Below, piece after piece: positions 1-9,418 of a stretch of DNA of 26,782 nt (positions are counted from its first letter, which is position 1; each line of letters starts with the position of its first letter). The DNA is from a virus (lineage: Duplodnaviria > Caudoviricetes). Location: positions 1-26,782 of the IMG/VR virus record IMGVR_UViG_3300049485_000039. One strand, given 5' to 3'. The notes beneath the pieces were generated by a model. The model saw nothing but the letters and a program-made list of their open reading frames with translations, was not told the DNA's origin and made no database searches. The translations under genes and the position numbers were made by a program.

Positions 1-187
1 AGGTGATGGGGTTGGTCATCAACGAGATGTCGATGGGTCCGGTGTTTGCAGTGCTCGACTGCGACTGCGACCACAACGGATTGGGCGGCGTGCCGGTGGC
101 CCCGGCAGCGAACGGCGCCAGCAGCAGGAGGCTGGCGATAAGCAGGGCCGCAACGGCCAGGATTCGGTCTTGGGTCTTGGCTTTCAT
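1..187 (-). CDS. Secreted/membrane hypothetical protein, 3'-partial (MKAKTQDRILAVAALLIASLLLAPFAAGATG...)
   Basis: ATG at 187-185 overlaps the spanin stop (ATGA). Basic N-terminus, hydrophobic core and small-residue cleavage region resemble a signal peptide. The frame is open to the window edge. Not in the ORF track. Confidence 0.7.
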   Translation of the reverse strand, partial: MKAKTQDRILAVAALLIASLLLLAPFAAGATGTPPNPLWSQSQSSTANTGPIDISLMTNPIT

Positions 188-726
188 GGTGTTCCTTCAG
201 TTGTCATACACACTTTGCTGGCGTAATTCTGGAGGCCGGTCACTTTGTCAGCAAGCGCTCCGACTCGCTCCTGGCTCGCTGCAACCAGTCGCTCGCCTTC
301 TTTGACCAGTCCTGTGCACTCGCCAAGTATGCGTCCGAGGCTGTCTGCTCGCTCTTGAGCAGTTCCGAGATCGGCTGCGGGGGCCGCTGCAAGACGACTG
401 AGCGTGTCGCGCAGGCCGTCAGCATCAGCGGTAGCAGCAGCAGCGCGCTCGTTCGCAGCGGCAACAGCAGCGGCAGTTTGTTTGCGTCGTGCTTCATAGT
501 CTTCACCCACTCCTAGATTGGCCTCAGCGCTGCGCAAGGCTTCCCGTGCGGCCGTTTTGTCCCGCTCGGCTTCGAGCGCATCCCAGCGTTTCTGCACTTC
601 ATCCCGGCCTTCCTTGCGTGCGGCGCGCGTCTCAGAATAGTGCCATGCCGTTGCGGTTGCTAAAGCAATGGCGATCAGCGCAGCCCACGCCCACCAGGGC
701 AGCAGGCCGAGCACGAACTTGATCAC
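184..726 (-). CDS. Inner-membrane spanin (Rz-like)
   Basis: N-terminal TM helix, long Ala/Glu/Arg-rich coiled coil, C-terminal Cys (YASKVC), located directly after the endolysin, with an embedded lipoprotein ORF. Confidence 0.85.
   Translation of the reverse strand: MIKFVLGLLPWWAWAALIAIALATATAWHYSETRAARKEGRDEVQKRWDALEAERDKTAAREALRSAEANLGVGEDYEARRKQTAAAVAAANERAAAATADADGLRDTLSRLAAAPAADLGTAQERADSLGRILGECTGLVKEGERLVAASQERVGALADKVTGLQNYASKVCMTTEGTP
240..497 (-). CDS. Outer-membrane spanin lipoprotein (Rz1-like), embedded in Rz
   Basis: Alternate-frame ORF inside Rz with a hydrophobic signal, lipobox LTA-C and a Pro-rich segment (RPPQP). Start at ATG 497 or GTG 506. Confidence 0.8.
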   Translation of the reverse strand: MKHDANKLPLLLPLRTSALLLLPLMLTACATRSVVLQRPPQPISELLKSEQTASDAYLASAQDWSKKASDWLQRARSESERLLTK

Positions 727-1154
727 ACGGCGCCCCGAATCTCAATCCAGGCATCCATCCCTTGCTGTTCGATACTGTCGAGCCACTTGAGCACTTCCCG
801 GTACGCCAATTGACTAGACCCGACTCCTTTCGGCCGGCGCTCCATGCCCGGCAGCAGACAGCCCTCGGTGTCGGCGGCGGTGTTGCCGGGATGAATGCGG
901 ATGCCCGCGAACCCTGGAACGTCCATCAGTTGCGGCATTGTCACTTGGAAGCGGTTAGAGAACGTGCGCTCGATTCTGTAGCGCCCGACCGGGATCGCGG
1001 TGGCGCCCTTCACTTTCCACGTCTCGACAGGTTCGCCCGGTATCTCTCGCACCGGGTCTTCGCAGACCCAGCAGATATAGTGCCCGCCGATTCTCAGCTC
1101 GCCGATGGTCACATCGTCGTCCTGCTGGACGCGCTGAAGGATAAAGTCGGTCAC
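723..1154 (-). CDS. Putative endolysin, DUF5675-like
   Basis: Motifs TIGEL, KGATAIPVGRY, VPGFAGIRIHPGNTAADTEGCLLPG (His...Cys) and position between holin and spanin. Likely GTG start overlapping the holin stop (GTGA) with a GGAG upstream; ATG at 1169 is an alternative. Confidence 0.8.
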   Translation of the reverse strand: MTDFILQRVQQDDDVTIGELRIGGHYICWVCEDPVREIPGEPVETWKVKGATAIPVGRYRIERTFSNRFQVTMPQLMDVPGFAGIRIHPGNTAADTEGCLLPGMERRPKGVGSSQLAYREVLKWLDSIEQQGMDAWIEIRGAV

Positions 1155-1495
1155 GATGGCTTGCTCCATGGGAGGTGCCCGTTCCACTTCTCGCTGATCT
1201 TGACGACGACTGGTGCGCCGAAAGTGCCTGCGACATAGATGCCGAAGATGTAGCGGTCGACCCCCTCTGGCCGCAGCGTGTCTTTCATCACGGCCCACGT
1301 GGCAAAACTGAAACCCCACAACATGCACAGGCGCAGCACGCTTGGCTTACCTGCTTCGTCCTGGAGCATCCGGCCGATCACCCCGTTCGGCGTTCGCGAC
1401 GCGCAGACCAGCATCCACAGCGACACGCCAAGCATCATCATCAGCAGGATCAGCGGCATATCGTTGGCCGCGTGTGTTTCAAGCCACTGCCTCAT
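1151..1495 (-). CDS. Putative holin (about 3 TM segments)
   Basis: Three hydrophobic stretches in 114 aa, immediately upstream of the endolysin, ATGA-coupled. Confidence 0.65.
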   Translation of the reverse strand: MRQWLETHAANDMPLILLMMMLGVSLWMLVCASRTPNGVIGRMLQDEAGKPSVLRLCMLWGFSFATWAVMKDTLRPEGVDRYIFGIYVAGTFGAPVVVKISEKWNGHLPWSKPS

Positions 1496-1782
1496 CGAGT
1501 CCTCCCGTTGCCCCGGCCTTCGAGCGTGTCAAGCCGTGTGTCCATGTCACGGATCGAATGCAGCGCGGCGCTCTGCCGTTCTTCGACGATGGTCACGCGG
1601 CGCTCCATGAGACGCACGTACTCGGTGAATGCGTTTCGCGCTTCCTTGTTCTCCCTGACGGCATCCTGCACGGACGACTGAACAACCCAGCCGACAATGG
1701 CAACGACGCCGGCCCACAGTGTGAAGCTGACACCAGCCACACGCATCCAGAATTCGGTCTTGCCGAGTGCGTGGTCATCCAC
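1492..1782 (-). CDS. Single-TM coiled-coil membrane protein (holin/antiholin-like)
   Basis: One TM helix followed by a coiled coil (ERRVTIVEE...RLDTLE), within the lysis cassette. Confidence 0.6.
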   Translation of the reverse strand: MDDHALGKTEFWMRVAGVSFTLWAGVVAIVGWVVQSSVQDAVRENKEARNAFTEYVRLMERRVTIVEERQSAALHSIRDMDTRLDTLEGRGNGRTR

Positions 1783-1783
1783 A

Positions 1784-1912
1784 TCAACCCCCGAGCATTG
1801 CGATGAATTTGGCAGACTTGCCTTCGGGCTTTTCCTTCCGGCGCTTGAACGCGACCACGATCCCGAACAAGGTGCCGACGGCTCCGACCAGCAGACCGAT
1901 GATCATTTCCAT
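1784..1912 (-). CDS. 42-aa single-TM membrane protein (MEMIIGLLVGAVGTLFGIVVAFKRRKEKPEGKSAKFIAMLGG)
   Basis: Translated by hand. GAAGGGG Shine-Dalgarno upstream, fills the gap between neighbours, TM followed by KRRKEK. Below the ORF track size cut-off. Confidence 0.75.
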   Translation of the reverse strand: MEMIIGLLVGAVGTLFGIVVAFKRRKEKPEGKSAKFIAMLGG

Positions 1913-1936
1913 GATTGCCCCTTCAAAGTGAAGCCG

Positions 1937-2290
1937 TCACCACGGCCTCGGATTGTCCCTGAACACAGTGAGCCACAGCACAATAAGTGGTAACGCGACG
2001 ACGATCCCACCGATGGCCGTTGCCTTGATGTCGGCGCCTTCGACCGAGTGCGGTGGCGCTTCGCCGGCAAAAATGGCGTCTTCGTTCGCCTCACGGTCAA
2101 GGCGCTCTTTGATGATCCCGGCCCCGGTTGCTGTCACCACGGCGGCAACCGCACCGGCGAGCGCCGCGAACTGCACCCACCCTATTTGAGTGGTTGCGAA
2201 GATGGCGATCACAGCGGCCACGGTGCCGATGCGGGCTCCGTAGACCTCGTGATTGGCTTTGTCCTGTTCGATGACGCGGAACACGGTCAT
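1937..2290 (-). CDS. Membrane protein with YfiM/VanZ-like motif pattern
   Basis: DKANH...G, KE..D and D..AT..GG pattern with about 3 TM helices; ATGA-coupled to the upstream gene. Confidence 0.55.
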   Translation of the reverse strand: MTVFRVIEQDKANHEVYGARIGTVAAVIAIFATTQIGWVQFAALAGAVAAVVTATGAGIIKERLDREANEDAIFAGEAPPHSVEGADIKATAIGGIVVALPLIVLWLTVFRDNPRPW

Positions 2291-2940
2291 AGTCCGTATC
2301 CCCTCGGTCCTGTAGTCACAGTAGGCGCGTTGAGCGAAACGATGTTGGTGTTCTTTGGGCTTCTAATTTGCTGCACATTGCGCAGCAATGGCACATAAGC
2401 CCGCAGCGACTGTGGTCTGATACGTTGAGGGGAAAAGCCCGCAACGAACTGCGCCATTTCCACCGATGTCCATGCAACATCGTAGACCCCGAACCTATCG
2501 ACCTGCCCGTCAAGATAATTGCTGGCTGCGTTATTTGAATAAAACGCTCCGATTACCAGGGTATCAAAGTTAGCTGTTGCCGCCGTGAAACTGCCGGTCG
2601 TCTCGGTGTTGTTCACCCAAATGCTGCGGTCGGTCGTTGTACGCGTGACGATGGCGATGTTGTACCATGTATCGATGCTGTAGCCGGACCCATTGGTCGC
2701 GTTGCCTGCCCCAGACGTGAACCTATAAAACTGGATCGGATCGCCGCCCACATCTCCGCGAAACCCGACAAATGCGTTTGTGAGCGAGACACCTGCAATG
2801 CACAACCCTCCAGCCCAGCCTTCGACTCCAGCGTTCGTCGCTCTAGCGCGCATGCATACAGTCGAAGGTTCTGCCGTCAAGCTGACATCCAGTAGCTGTC
2901 GGTGATACTGCGAACTCGCAGAGGTGAGGCCGGTTGCCAT
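2287..2940 (-). CDS. LamG/concanavalin A-like lectin domain protein (putative virion or receptor-binding protein)
   Basis: TWYNIAIV, SIWVN, LVIGA, YLDGQVDRFGVYDVAWT are typical LamG-like beta-sandwich motifs. Confidence 0.75.
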   Translation of the reverse strand: MATGLTSASSQYHRQLLDVSLTAEPSTVCMRARATNAGVEGWAGGLCIAGVSLTNAFVGFRGDVGGDPIQFYRFTSGAGNATNGSGYSIDTWYNIAIVTRTTTDRSIWVNNTETTGSFTAATANFDTLVIGAFYSNNAASNYLDGQVDRFGVYDVAWTSVEMAQFVAGFSPQRIRPQSLRAYVPLLRNVQQIRSPKNTNIVSLNAPTVTTGPRGYGL

Positions 2941-3371
2941 CAGGAAGCCTGCTTCGCTTGTCTGAGCAGGTATTTAATCGCCTTCATCCCGGCGCGCGAG
3001 TCTTTTTCTAACTCGTTGATGCGCTGCACGTTGGTCAACAACGCGCGGTCGGCGTTGCTGATTGCCAGTTGCGTGTTGATGTCAGTGATGTATCCGTCAA
3101 TCTGGGCTTTCTCGGCTTGCAGGTCTGCGGCCTCTAATTCAGCGGCGTTGAGAGTCAACAGCGCCCACGTCTTTCGGACCTGCGTTGGTTCAATTACATA
3201 GCCTGCGCTCACCACTTTCTCGGTTGCCGATGGCGTCGGCTGCGCGTCGATGACATAGGCGCGATGCAATATCGCCTTCGGGTTTGTCTCTGCGGCCCAC
3301 TTGGCTATCAGCGCCGGATCAAGATCGACCAGCGTGATACTGTTATCAGCTTCAATGCGTGCGTAGATCAT
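2940..3371 (-). CDS. Hypothetical protein, possible tail fibre assembly chaperone
   Basis: Follows the fibre gene; MIYARIE start, QPTPSATEKV...V..TW segment and C-terminal coiled coil; coupled on both sides. Confidence 0.5.
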   Translation of the reverse strand: MIYARIEADNSITLVDLDPALIAKWAAETNPKAILHRAYVIDAQPTPSATEKVVSAGYVIEPTQVRKTWALLTLNAAELEAADLQAEKAQIDGYITDINTQLAISNADRALLTNVQRINELEKDSRAGMKAIKYLLRQAKQAS

Positions 3372-5137
3372 GCGGCGCTCCTGATTTCGACAGCAAACAA
3401 CTGTGCGTCACCCGTCATGTCATCTGTGCCGGACGTGCCGTCTGCATCGCGGAACACCGACAAGCGCAATGGTTCACCGGCGGCGACGCTATCTATGGTC
3501 GTGATGGTTATGGCTGTCGTCGTCGATATACCGCTCGTGCCGTTTGCCGTCCCGCCAGCGGTTGCAACCGTGTCGAATGAATTGACGTCAAGGTCGGTGT
3601 TCATCCGCTCTATCTCCACCCCCCAGCGGCACGTCCCGCTCGTTGCAGATTCGGCCATCCAATGCAGGCGAATGATCAAACCAGACCCAAGCGATGCGCC
3701 TTCTGGAACGACCCACACCCAAAAGATGTTCTCATCGACGCTGGCGTCGAATTCCAGCACTGCAATGCTGTTTCGGGTATCGAGCGTGGCGTAGTTTGCG
3801 GCGTATGGCTGGCTCGTCATCGGAGTCAGAATGCCTAAGGTCTTGGTGCCGCTGCCAGTGCTGCCAAGCGGGATGAAGATCACCTTGCACGTCACCGCGT
3901 CTGCCAGCGTCACAGAGGTTTGCAGCGTGACGGCGAATTTCCAGTACCCGGTGCCATCCGTAACAGCGGACCACTTCCACACCTGAAACTGCGCCTCGTT
4001 GGCGGCGTTGATGATGTGAATGAAGCCCGTCGATCCGAGCGATGCAAAGAACGTGGACAGGTCCGACGCGCTGCTGTCAGCCGTCACATCGTCGAAGTAG
4101 AGAAACGTCGCGCTGGCCTGCGTCGCGTTGTTCCACTTGAACATGCCGGCGCCGGGGTCGCTATCGGCTGTGCTTCCTGTCTCGCTGGTGTACTCGAATG
4201 CGGGGTAGGCGTCGCCGCCGCCGCTCGGCGCTGCATATTCCAGGTCTGTGCCGCCAGCGTTTACGCGCAATACCTGCAACGCGGTCCCCCGCGCAAGCCT
4301 GACCGCAGTGTTCGCACCAGAGCCGACAGCGAGGTCACCCGCAGCATCCCAGATCGCGTCCGTCGCCACAATAGACCCAGCCGCCGGCAGATGCAGCGTG
4401 CGGTAGTTCGTGCCGTCTGAAACGATCCGGCAGTCCTGGTTGGTGGTTAAAGCGACCGATGCCGCACCGTCAATCGTCGAGGTGGTCGGGGTGATCGTGG
4501 CCGTGCCCGCGCCGAGGCACTTGACATCGGTAAACCAGCCGTCAGGGAAAGTACCTCCCGCCTGCGGAAGCGTCACCGCGATACTGCTGCCGTTCGACAG
4601 TGTGAGTAGCTTTCCGCGATCTCCCGTCAAAATCGTGTAGGTTGTCCCGGTCTGCGCGTTGAACACCTCGGCGGCGCGGATCGTTCCTGTCGCTGTGATG
4701 GCCGATCCAGAAACGGTCTGCACGCCGCCGCTGGCATCGACGCTTGTGACCGTACCAGCAGCCGTCGCGCCATGATCGAAAATGCCGCCAGGGGAAAACC
4801 GCTCGTCGTAATAGGTTGGCACACCAGACGCGAACACGGCGCGGGCCATGCGCCCGTAGGTCGTCGTGTCATTCCAGTTCGTCGTTGCGGTACTCGTGCT
4901 GACCGCTCGCGTGCTGCGGTTCACCACGATGTAGTTCGTGGTGTTGTCAGTGCAAGTGACCGTCCCGTCTGCAACGGTGTTCACGTCGTATGTGCCGCCA
5001 CCGTAGGCGATAACGAGGCCGCTGTGTCCGCGCTGTCGTTGCGCAAAACACGCAACGCCTACCGCAATGAACGTCTCATTGACCTTTGTGTCAGGAGCCG
5101 TGTCTTCCGGCGATTCCCACTGTTGAATGCTGCTCAT
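3368..5137 (-). CDS. Tail fibre / receptor-binding protein (mosaic, Ser/Thr/Gly-rich)
   Basis: Follows the tip protein. Contains recurrent fibre modules NAQTGTTYT...DRGKLLTLSN...VTLP, GDLAVG...RLARG...QVLRVN and DSDPGAG...NNAT. Confidence 0.75.
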   Translation of the reverse strand: MSSIQQWESPEDTAPDTKVNETFIAVGVACFAQRQRGHSGLVIAYGGGTYDVNTVADGTVTCTDNTTNYIVVNRSTRAVSTSTATTNWNDTTTYGRMARAVFASGVPTYYDERFSPGGIFDHGATAAGTVTSVDASGGVQTVSGSAITATGTIRAAEVFNAQTGTTYTILTGDRGKLLTLSNGSSIAVTLPQAGGTFPDGWFTDVKCLGAGTATITPTTSTIDGAASVALTTNQDCRIVSDGTNYRTLHLPAAGSIVATDAIWDAAGDLAVGSGANTAVRLARGTALQVLRVNAGGTDLEYAAPSGGGDAYPAFEYTSETGSTADSDPGAGMFKWNNATQASATFLYFDDVTADSSASDLSTFFASLGSTGFIHIINAANEAQFQVWKWSAVTDGTGYWKFAVTLQTSVTLADAVTCKVIFIPLGSTGSGTKTLGILTPMTSQPYAANYATLDTRNSIAVLEFDASVDENIFWVWVVPEGASLGSGLIIRLHWMAESATSGTCRWGVEIERMNTDLDVNSFDTVATAGGTANGTSGISTTTAITITTIDSVAAGEPLRLSVFRDADGTSGTDDMTGDAQLFAVEIRSAA

Positions 5138-8127
5138 GCTGCCGCCTGTAGATAGGCCCCTCGGCCGACAAATGTTGAAACGGCGTACACCCTTGCGTAA
5201 ACCGTAGACTGCGCGCTACCGAAGTCCGTTGTTTGCTGGGCAGCGCTGTAGGCGATGCTCGCAGTGGCGCCGGTCAATGTACGCACGACGCTCGTGTATC
5301 CGCTGGTCGTGTAGATGTCGATTTCATACGTTTCCCCTGACTCCTGCGGCGGGATGTAGCTGCCGCCAGTACCACCGTGCCTCGGCGTAAATCTAGTTCT
5401 ACGGTCGAACGTGAATGTGATATTCGCGCTCCCGTCCCGAGCCGCCCGCAGGTTCGTTGGCGAGTACATCCGAAGACCTACCGCCTGAGTTACGAACGTC
5501 CTTGATGTCGCGCTTGCTGTAGAACGCCCGTCTGTCACCGCTTTGAGGTAGCGTGTCAATCCAATGTCTGCGGCGTCCATAGACGCGCGACGTAGGTTCG
5601 CAGTGGAAAGAAGGACGAACGCATCTGCGATTGAATGCGCGTCGATGTGTTCCTCGGTTCCGAGCACGCCGCGAAGCAATCCGCTCAGTGTGTAAACACC
5701 AGGGCTGACAAGGGTTGCGGTGCGAAAGCGGATGATTTCCCAGCGACCGTGCGCACCCAAAGCGGCAGCGTTGAGCGTGCGGTCAAGCTGCATTGCAGCC
5801 TCGGTTGCACTGGATAGCGTTTGCCCGTCTCCCAAGGTCACGGTGACTGTGTGGTAGTCGTCCCACACATAGCCGCCTGTGAAATCTCCTAGCACTGTCG
5901 TCACGGTCCCGACAACGCTCTCAGTCGAATGCGTCGTAACGATCTCGGAGAAATCGAGGTTGTCTATCGACCTGCGAACAACACCACCCGGAAAGGCCGT
6001 CGTCCCCTCGCCCTCGACAGCGGTGTAGAACCCAGCGCCGTCGTCTACATCTCGAAGCAACGGAATGTCGAGCGCCACTAGATTGCTCTCGACCGCCAGA
6101 TCGACAATCAGGCTCGGCTCATAGGTAACGTCTGTGATGCCAGAGAAAACGAACGCCGAACTGTCGTTATGCTCCCACGTCAAAGCCTTGACGCCATCCG
6201 CGTAGGTCAGACGCCTTGCAAATAGGTTGTGCAGTGAACCGTCGTCGCTATAGACCAAACAGGCATCACCGGGCTCGATGCGGGCGTACTTGTCGCTCAG
6301 TGCGAACTCAGCCTTATGTGCGCTTGCCCGGGCCATAAGCGCCATAGTGATCGCTCGGCCCTTGCACTCCGATGGAGTGAGATATACGGGCGTTTCGACT
6401 CTGCGAACGTCCGGGCCGTCCGTAGTGCCTCGATCACTGCGCTGTAGCGTCATGTCGCCATCAGCGGAGAAGTTCGGCGCCCTCAGCCCGACCACGCTCG
6501 GTACTTCAACGTCATTCCCACGCATCAGTCCTGTGAACGGTTTTGCAGGGTTATCAACCCCCACCCCTGTATCAGCATTCGGGATCGTCGCTACCGTGGC
6601 GAGCCCTCTCGTCTCATATCGCATCGGCGCACCGGGCACCAAGTCGAAGTAGAAGATTTGCGCAAGTTCGTTGATGGTCTTTGCTGGCGAGCCTACAGCG
6701 ATAAAACCGTTCACGTCGATCCCTGCAAGATCGCTTGTATCGTGGTCAGCCAGCGTGATCGCAGGATTCATCGCCCGTTCTGCATCGACAATCTCCTGCA
6801 AGTCTGCCGGTGCAGGGGTCACAACATCCAGTGCGCCGTCCGGTGGCGGGAACGCACAGTCAACGGACGCTGTATCGAACGCCGCAAAGCCGACGCGGAT
6901 GTCGCCAATAGCAAATTCTCGCGCACCCTGCCCCGGGCCTGTGTAGCCAGCGGTGCCTACGCGCAGACTGCCCTGCGTCCCTGGAGTTTCACCGACGTTC
7001 GTGCTCGCCAAAGTAATACGCAGAACGCCATCGACATAGAGCGCGGTGCCACCACTGCCGGCGTAGATAACCATCAGGAAATGCGTGTGGGCACCATCGA
7101 CAATCACGTTGTCGCTGTATGTATTCCCAGAAGGCGTTTCCAGCGACACGCCGTAAAACCCGTCTACACCAGTCTCCACAATGCCAATCTGATACAGCCC
7201 CCCGGAAACATTCGAGCGGTACTGCATGATGTCGCTGTTCAAGCCACCATTCGCGGTGATGGTGGCGCAGAACTCGACAGACACGACGCCGCCACTGATG
7301 TTCGAGAGCGCCGTGCTTGTCCATGTGTTGAACGAATCGGCACCCACGGTGCCGCCTGTGTCCCAGATCGCCCCTGCTCCTGAGCCTGTGGCCGTTCCAT
7401 CACCATTGAGAGCAGCGAAGGCACTGATGTCGTCGAGCGAACCGTCCGTTTGCAGGCGGATCGTGGCATCGACCGTATCTGCCGCGCCCTGAGTGATGGT
7501 TTCGACTTCAACCAGCGGAATAGCCTTGGTGCTGCCGAGTTGCAGGTTGTCGATAGCAACAGCTACCACGTTGCGGAAGGCTTGCGCGTCTACCGTCCCC
7601 ACCGCAGATTCGTAGGTAGCGGGCGGAACTTGCGAAGGACCACCAGGCATCAACGTGATGCTGTCGAAGTGGTCAATCGACTGCGAATTGATGATCGACG
7701 AATCTGGGCTATCCGCCCGAGCCGTCCAAACCAGTTTCTTGTTGATGAAGACCCGAGTGATTGCAATGACAGGGATCGACGTGCGATGCCCAATCACCAT
7801 CACCACATCACATGCGTGGCTGTAGCCGGCCGATCCGCTTGGAGGACCACCCTTGCCGCCTGTGTCGTTCTCCGTCGCACGAATCGCGCTGATCCAGCCA
7901 CCGGCAAGCTGACCTGTGGCCTTGGTAGTCCCGTACAGCCGCGGGATGATCGCGCCTTCCTGCAACTGCGGACCTGACAAGTCACCAGGTCCGGGGCCGT
8001 CCGGTTGGTTAACAAGCCCGCCAATCGTTGTGCCAATGAGCCAGCCTGTACCGGCTGAAACCAACCCGAACCCAGCCGGACCAAGGACTAACGCACCGGC
8101 TGCGCCAAGTACAAGCTGGCCGCTCAT
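5134..8127 (-). CDS. Tail tip / host-specificity protein (GTA megatron / gpJ-like) with internal lectin-like domain
   Basis: IPRLYGT, GGKGG, PGG..Q, AFRNV N-terminal motifs; IEPGD, LDIPLLRD, WEIIRF..ATLV..GVYTLSGLLRG..GTE C-terminal motifs. Confidence 0.9.
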   Translation of the reverse strand: MSGQLVLGAAGALVLGPAGFGLVSAGTGWLIGTTIGGLVNQPDGPGPGDLSGPQLQEGAIIPRLYGTTKATGQLAGGWISAIRATENDTGGKGGPPSGSAGYSHACDVVMVIGHRTSIPVIAITRVFINKKLVWTARADSPDSSIINSQSIDHFDSITLMPGGPSQVPPATYESAVGTVDAQAFRNVVAVAIDNLQLGSTKAIPLVEVETITQGAADTVDATIRLQTDGSLDDISAFAALNGDGTATGSGAGAIWDTGGTVGADSFNTWTSTALSNISGGVVSVEFCATITANGGLNSDIMQYRSNVSGGLYQIGIVETGVDGFYGVSLETPSGNTYSDNVIVDGAHTHFLMVIYAGSGGTALYVDGVLRITLASTNVGETPGTQGSLRVGTAGYTGPGQGAREFAIGDIRVGFAAFDTASVDCAFPPPDGALDVVTPAPADLQEIVDAERAMNPAITLADHDTSDLAGIDVNGFIAVGSPAKTINELAQIFYFDLVPGAPMRYETRGLATVATIPNADTGVGVDNPAKPFTGLMRGNDVEVPSVVGLRAPNFSADGDMTLQRSDRGTTDGPDVRRVETPVYLTPSECKGRAITMALMARASAHKAEFALSDKYARIEPGDACLVYSDDGSLHNLFARRLTYADGVKALTWEHNDSSAFVFSGITDVTYEPSLIVDLAVESNLVALDIPLLRDVDDGAGFYTAVEGEGTTAFPGGVVRRSIDNLDFSEIVTTHSTESVVGTVTTVLGDFTGGYVWDDYHTVTVTLGDGQTLSSATEAAMQLDRTLNAAALGAHGRWEIIRFRTATLVSPGVYTLSGLLRGVLGTEEHIDAHSIADAFVLLSTANLRRASMDAADIGLTRYLKAVTDGRSTASATSRTFVTQAVGLRMYSPTNLRAARDGSANITFTFDRRTRFTPRHGGTGGSYIPPQESGETYEIDIYTTSGYTSVVRTLTGATASIAYSAAQQTTDFGSAQSTVYARVYAVSTFVGRGAYLQAAA

Positions 8128-8567
8128 GGTTCAAGCCCCGGTACGCGATACGCCTGCACGATGGTCATGATGCGCGGGCCCAGAATCAAGCGGGCCTCGA
8201 TCACCATGCGATGCCGATAAGCCTCGGCTTCGATCCAATAACGTCTGCCCGATGTGTTGTCCGTCAGGATGCCGATGTGGCGCGGCCTGCCACCATTGAA
8301 CCGACCTAGCAGCACGTCGCCGGGTTCTGCATCGTCGAACGGGATCGGCTCTAGGTTGTCGTCGAGCAGCCTCTTAAGCGTGTGACCGTCTGGTTCGCGC
8401 GAATAGGAAGTCACGTCGAAGTCGGGGGCGACGATCCCATGCGCGCGGGCGGCAAGGATCAGAGGTCCAGGGCAGTCCATGCCAACACCCGGAAGCCGCC
8501 CCTGATGGTGGTATGGCGTGCCGATGTAGCTGCGCACCGTGGCGATGAACTCGGCTCGTGTGGTCAT
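8124..8567 (-). CDS. NlpC/P60 family tail-associated peptidase
   Basis: RSYIGTPYHHQGR..GVGMDC, PGDVLL, RHIGI motifs. True start MTTRAE at 8567 (ATGA overlap with the hub gene). Confidence 0.92.
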   Translation of the reverse strand: MTTRAEFIATVRSYIGTPYHHQGRLPGVGMDCPGPLILAARAHGIVAPDFDVTSYSREPDGHTLKRLLDDNLEPIPFDDAEPGDVLLGRFNGGRPRHIGILTDNTSGRRYWIEAEAYRHRMVIEARLILGPRIMTIVQAYRVPGLEP

Positions 8568-9418
8568 GCCGCCCCCACCGACTCGGCCACAGTCGGCGCG
8601 TCTTTTTGGCCGCCGAAGTTCAAAATGTTCGCGTACTTCGTCTTGCAGTCTTCCTCGAAGCGCTTCAAGCATCCGGCAACGATGGTGAACGTGTCAGTCG
8701 GAGCGAGGTCTGTCCACAGCGGAATAGCAAGGGTGATGACTCCGCCAGTCGTGTGCGCGCCGATCAACTGCGGCATTCCAGCGTAGAGGCCGGTATCGAA
8801 CGTGACGAACCCCGCCGTGAAATAGTCTGTCGCCTGGGCTAGACCAGATGCGGTGAACTGCTGACGACTGGCGACTGAGGTGACGGTTCCGGTGTGCGTG
8901 AACGTGGTCAGGACTCGGGTGCAACTGGCATCACCCAAACGGTGCGGGCAGGTCTTGCCAGTTATGAGGGTCATGTCCTGCTGCAAATACTGCCGCAGGT
9001 CGCGCAGTTCGAGCTTGAAGCCGCCTTGGATCGGCTCGACGTTGCTGACCGTGTAGGCGGGCCACGGGATGAACCCATCGGCCGGGGTTTTCCAGTTGTA
9101 TTGATTGAACTCCACTCGACAGGCATCCCACCGCCCAGCCAGGAACTGAGCGCGCGTCATGTCATCCGTGGTGAGCACAACCATTTCAAGGGTGTCGATC
9201 CCAAACCCGAGCGTGCAGGTAATCGACGACACATTGAACCCGGGCTGCGCCTCATAAACAGCGCCACTCAATGTTGCATCTCTCGTCCCGCTGACGTATC
9301 TGAAGATGCCGGTTTCAGGTGAGATGTCCGCGTCACGTCGCGTGAACTTCACCGACCACCCAGACGGCAACAGTCCTTCGTCAATATCGGACTGAAGCCC
9401 TGACGAAAGAGACTTCAT
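8564..9418 (-). CDS. Baseplate hub protein (DUF2163 / BR0599-like)
   Basis: TRRD, AGRWD, CPHRLGDASC, F..G...F.TG...G, AGC.K..E.C..KY.N..NFGG with four conserved Cys. Confidence 0.92.
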   Translation of the reverse strand: MKSLSSGLQSDIDEGLLPSGWSVKFTRRDADISPETGIFRYVSGTRDATLSGAVYEAQPGFNVSSITCTLGFGIDTLEMVVLTTDDMTRAQFLAGRWDACRVEFNQYNWKTPADGFIPWPAYTVSNVEPIQGGFKLELRDLRQYLQQDMTLITGKTCPHRLGDASCTRVLTTFTHTGTVTSVASRQQFTASGLAQATDYFTAGFVTFDTGLYAGMPQLIGAHTTGGVITLAIPLWTDLAPTDTFTIVAGCLKRFEEDCKTKYANILNFGGQKDAPTVAESVGAA

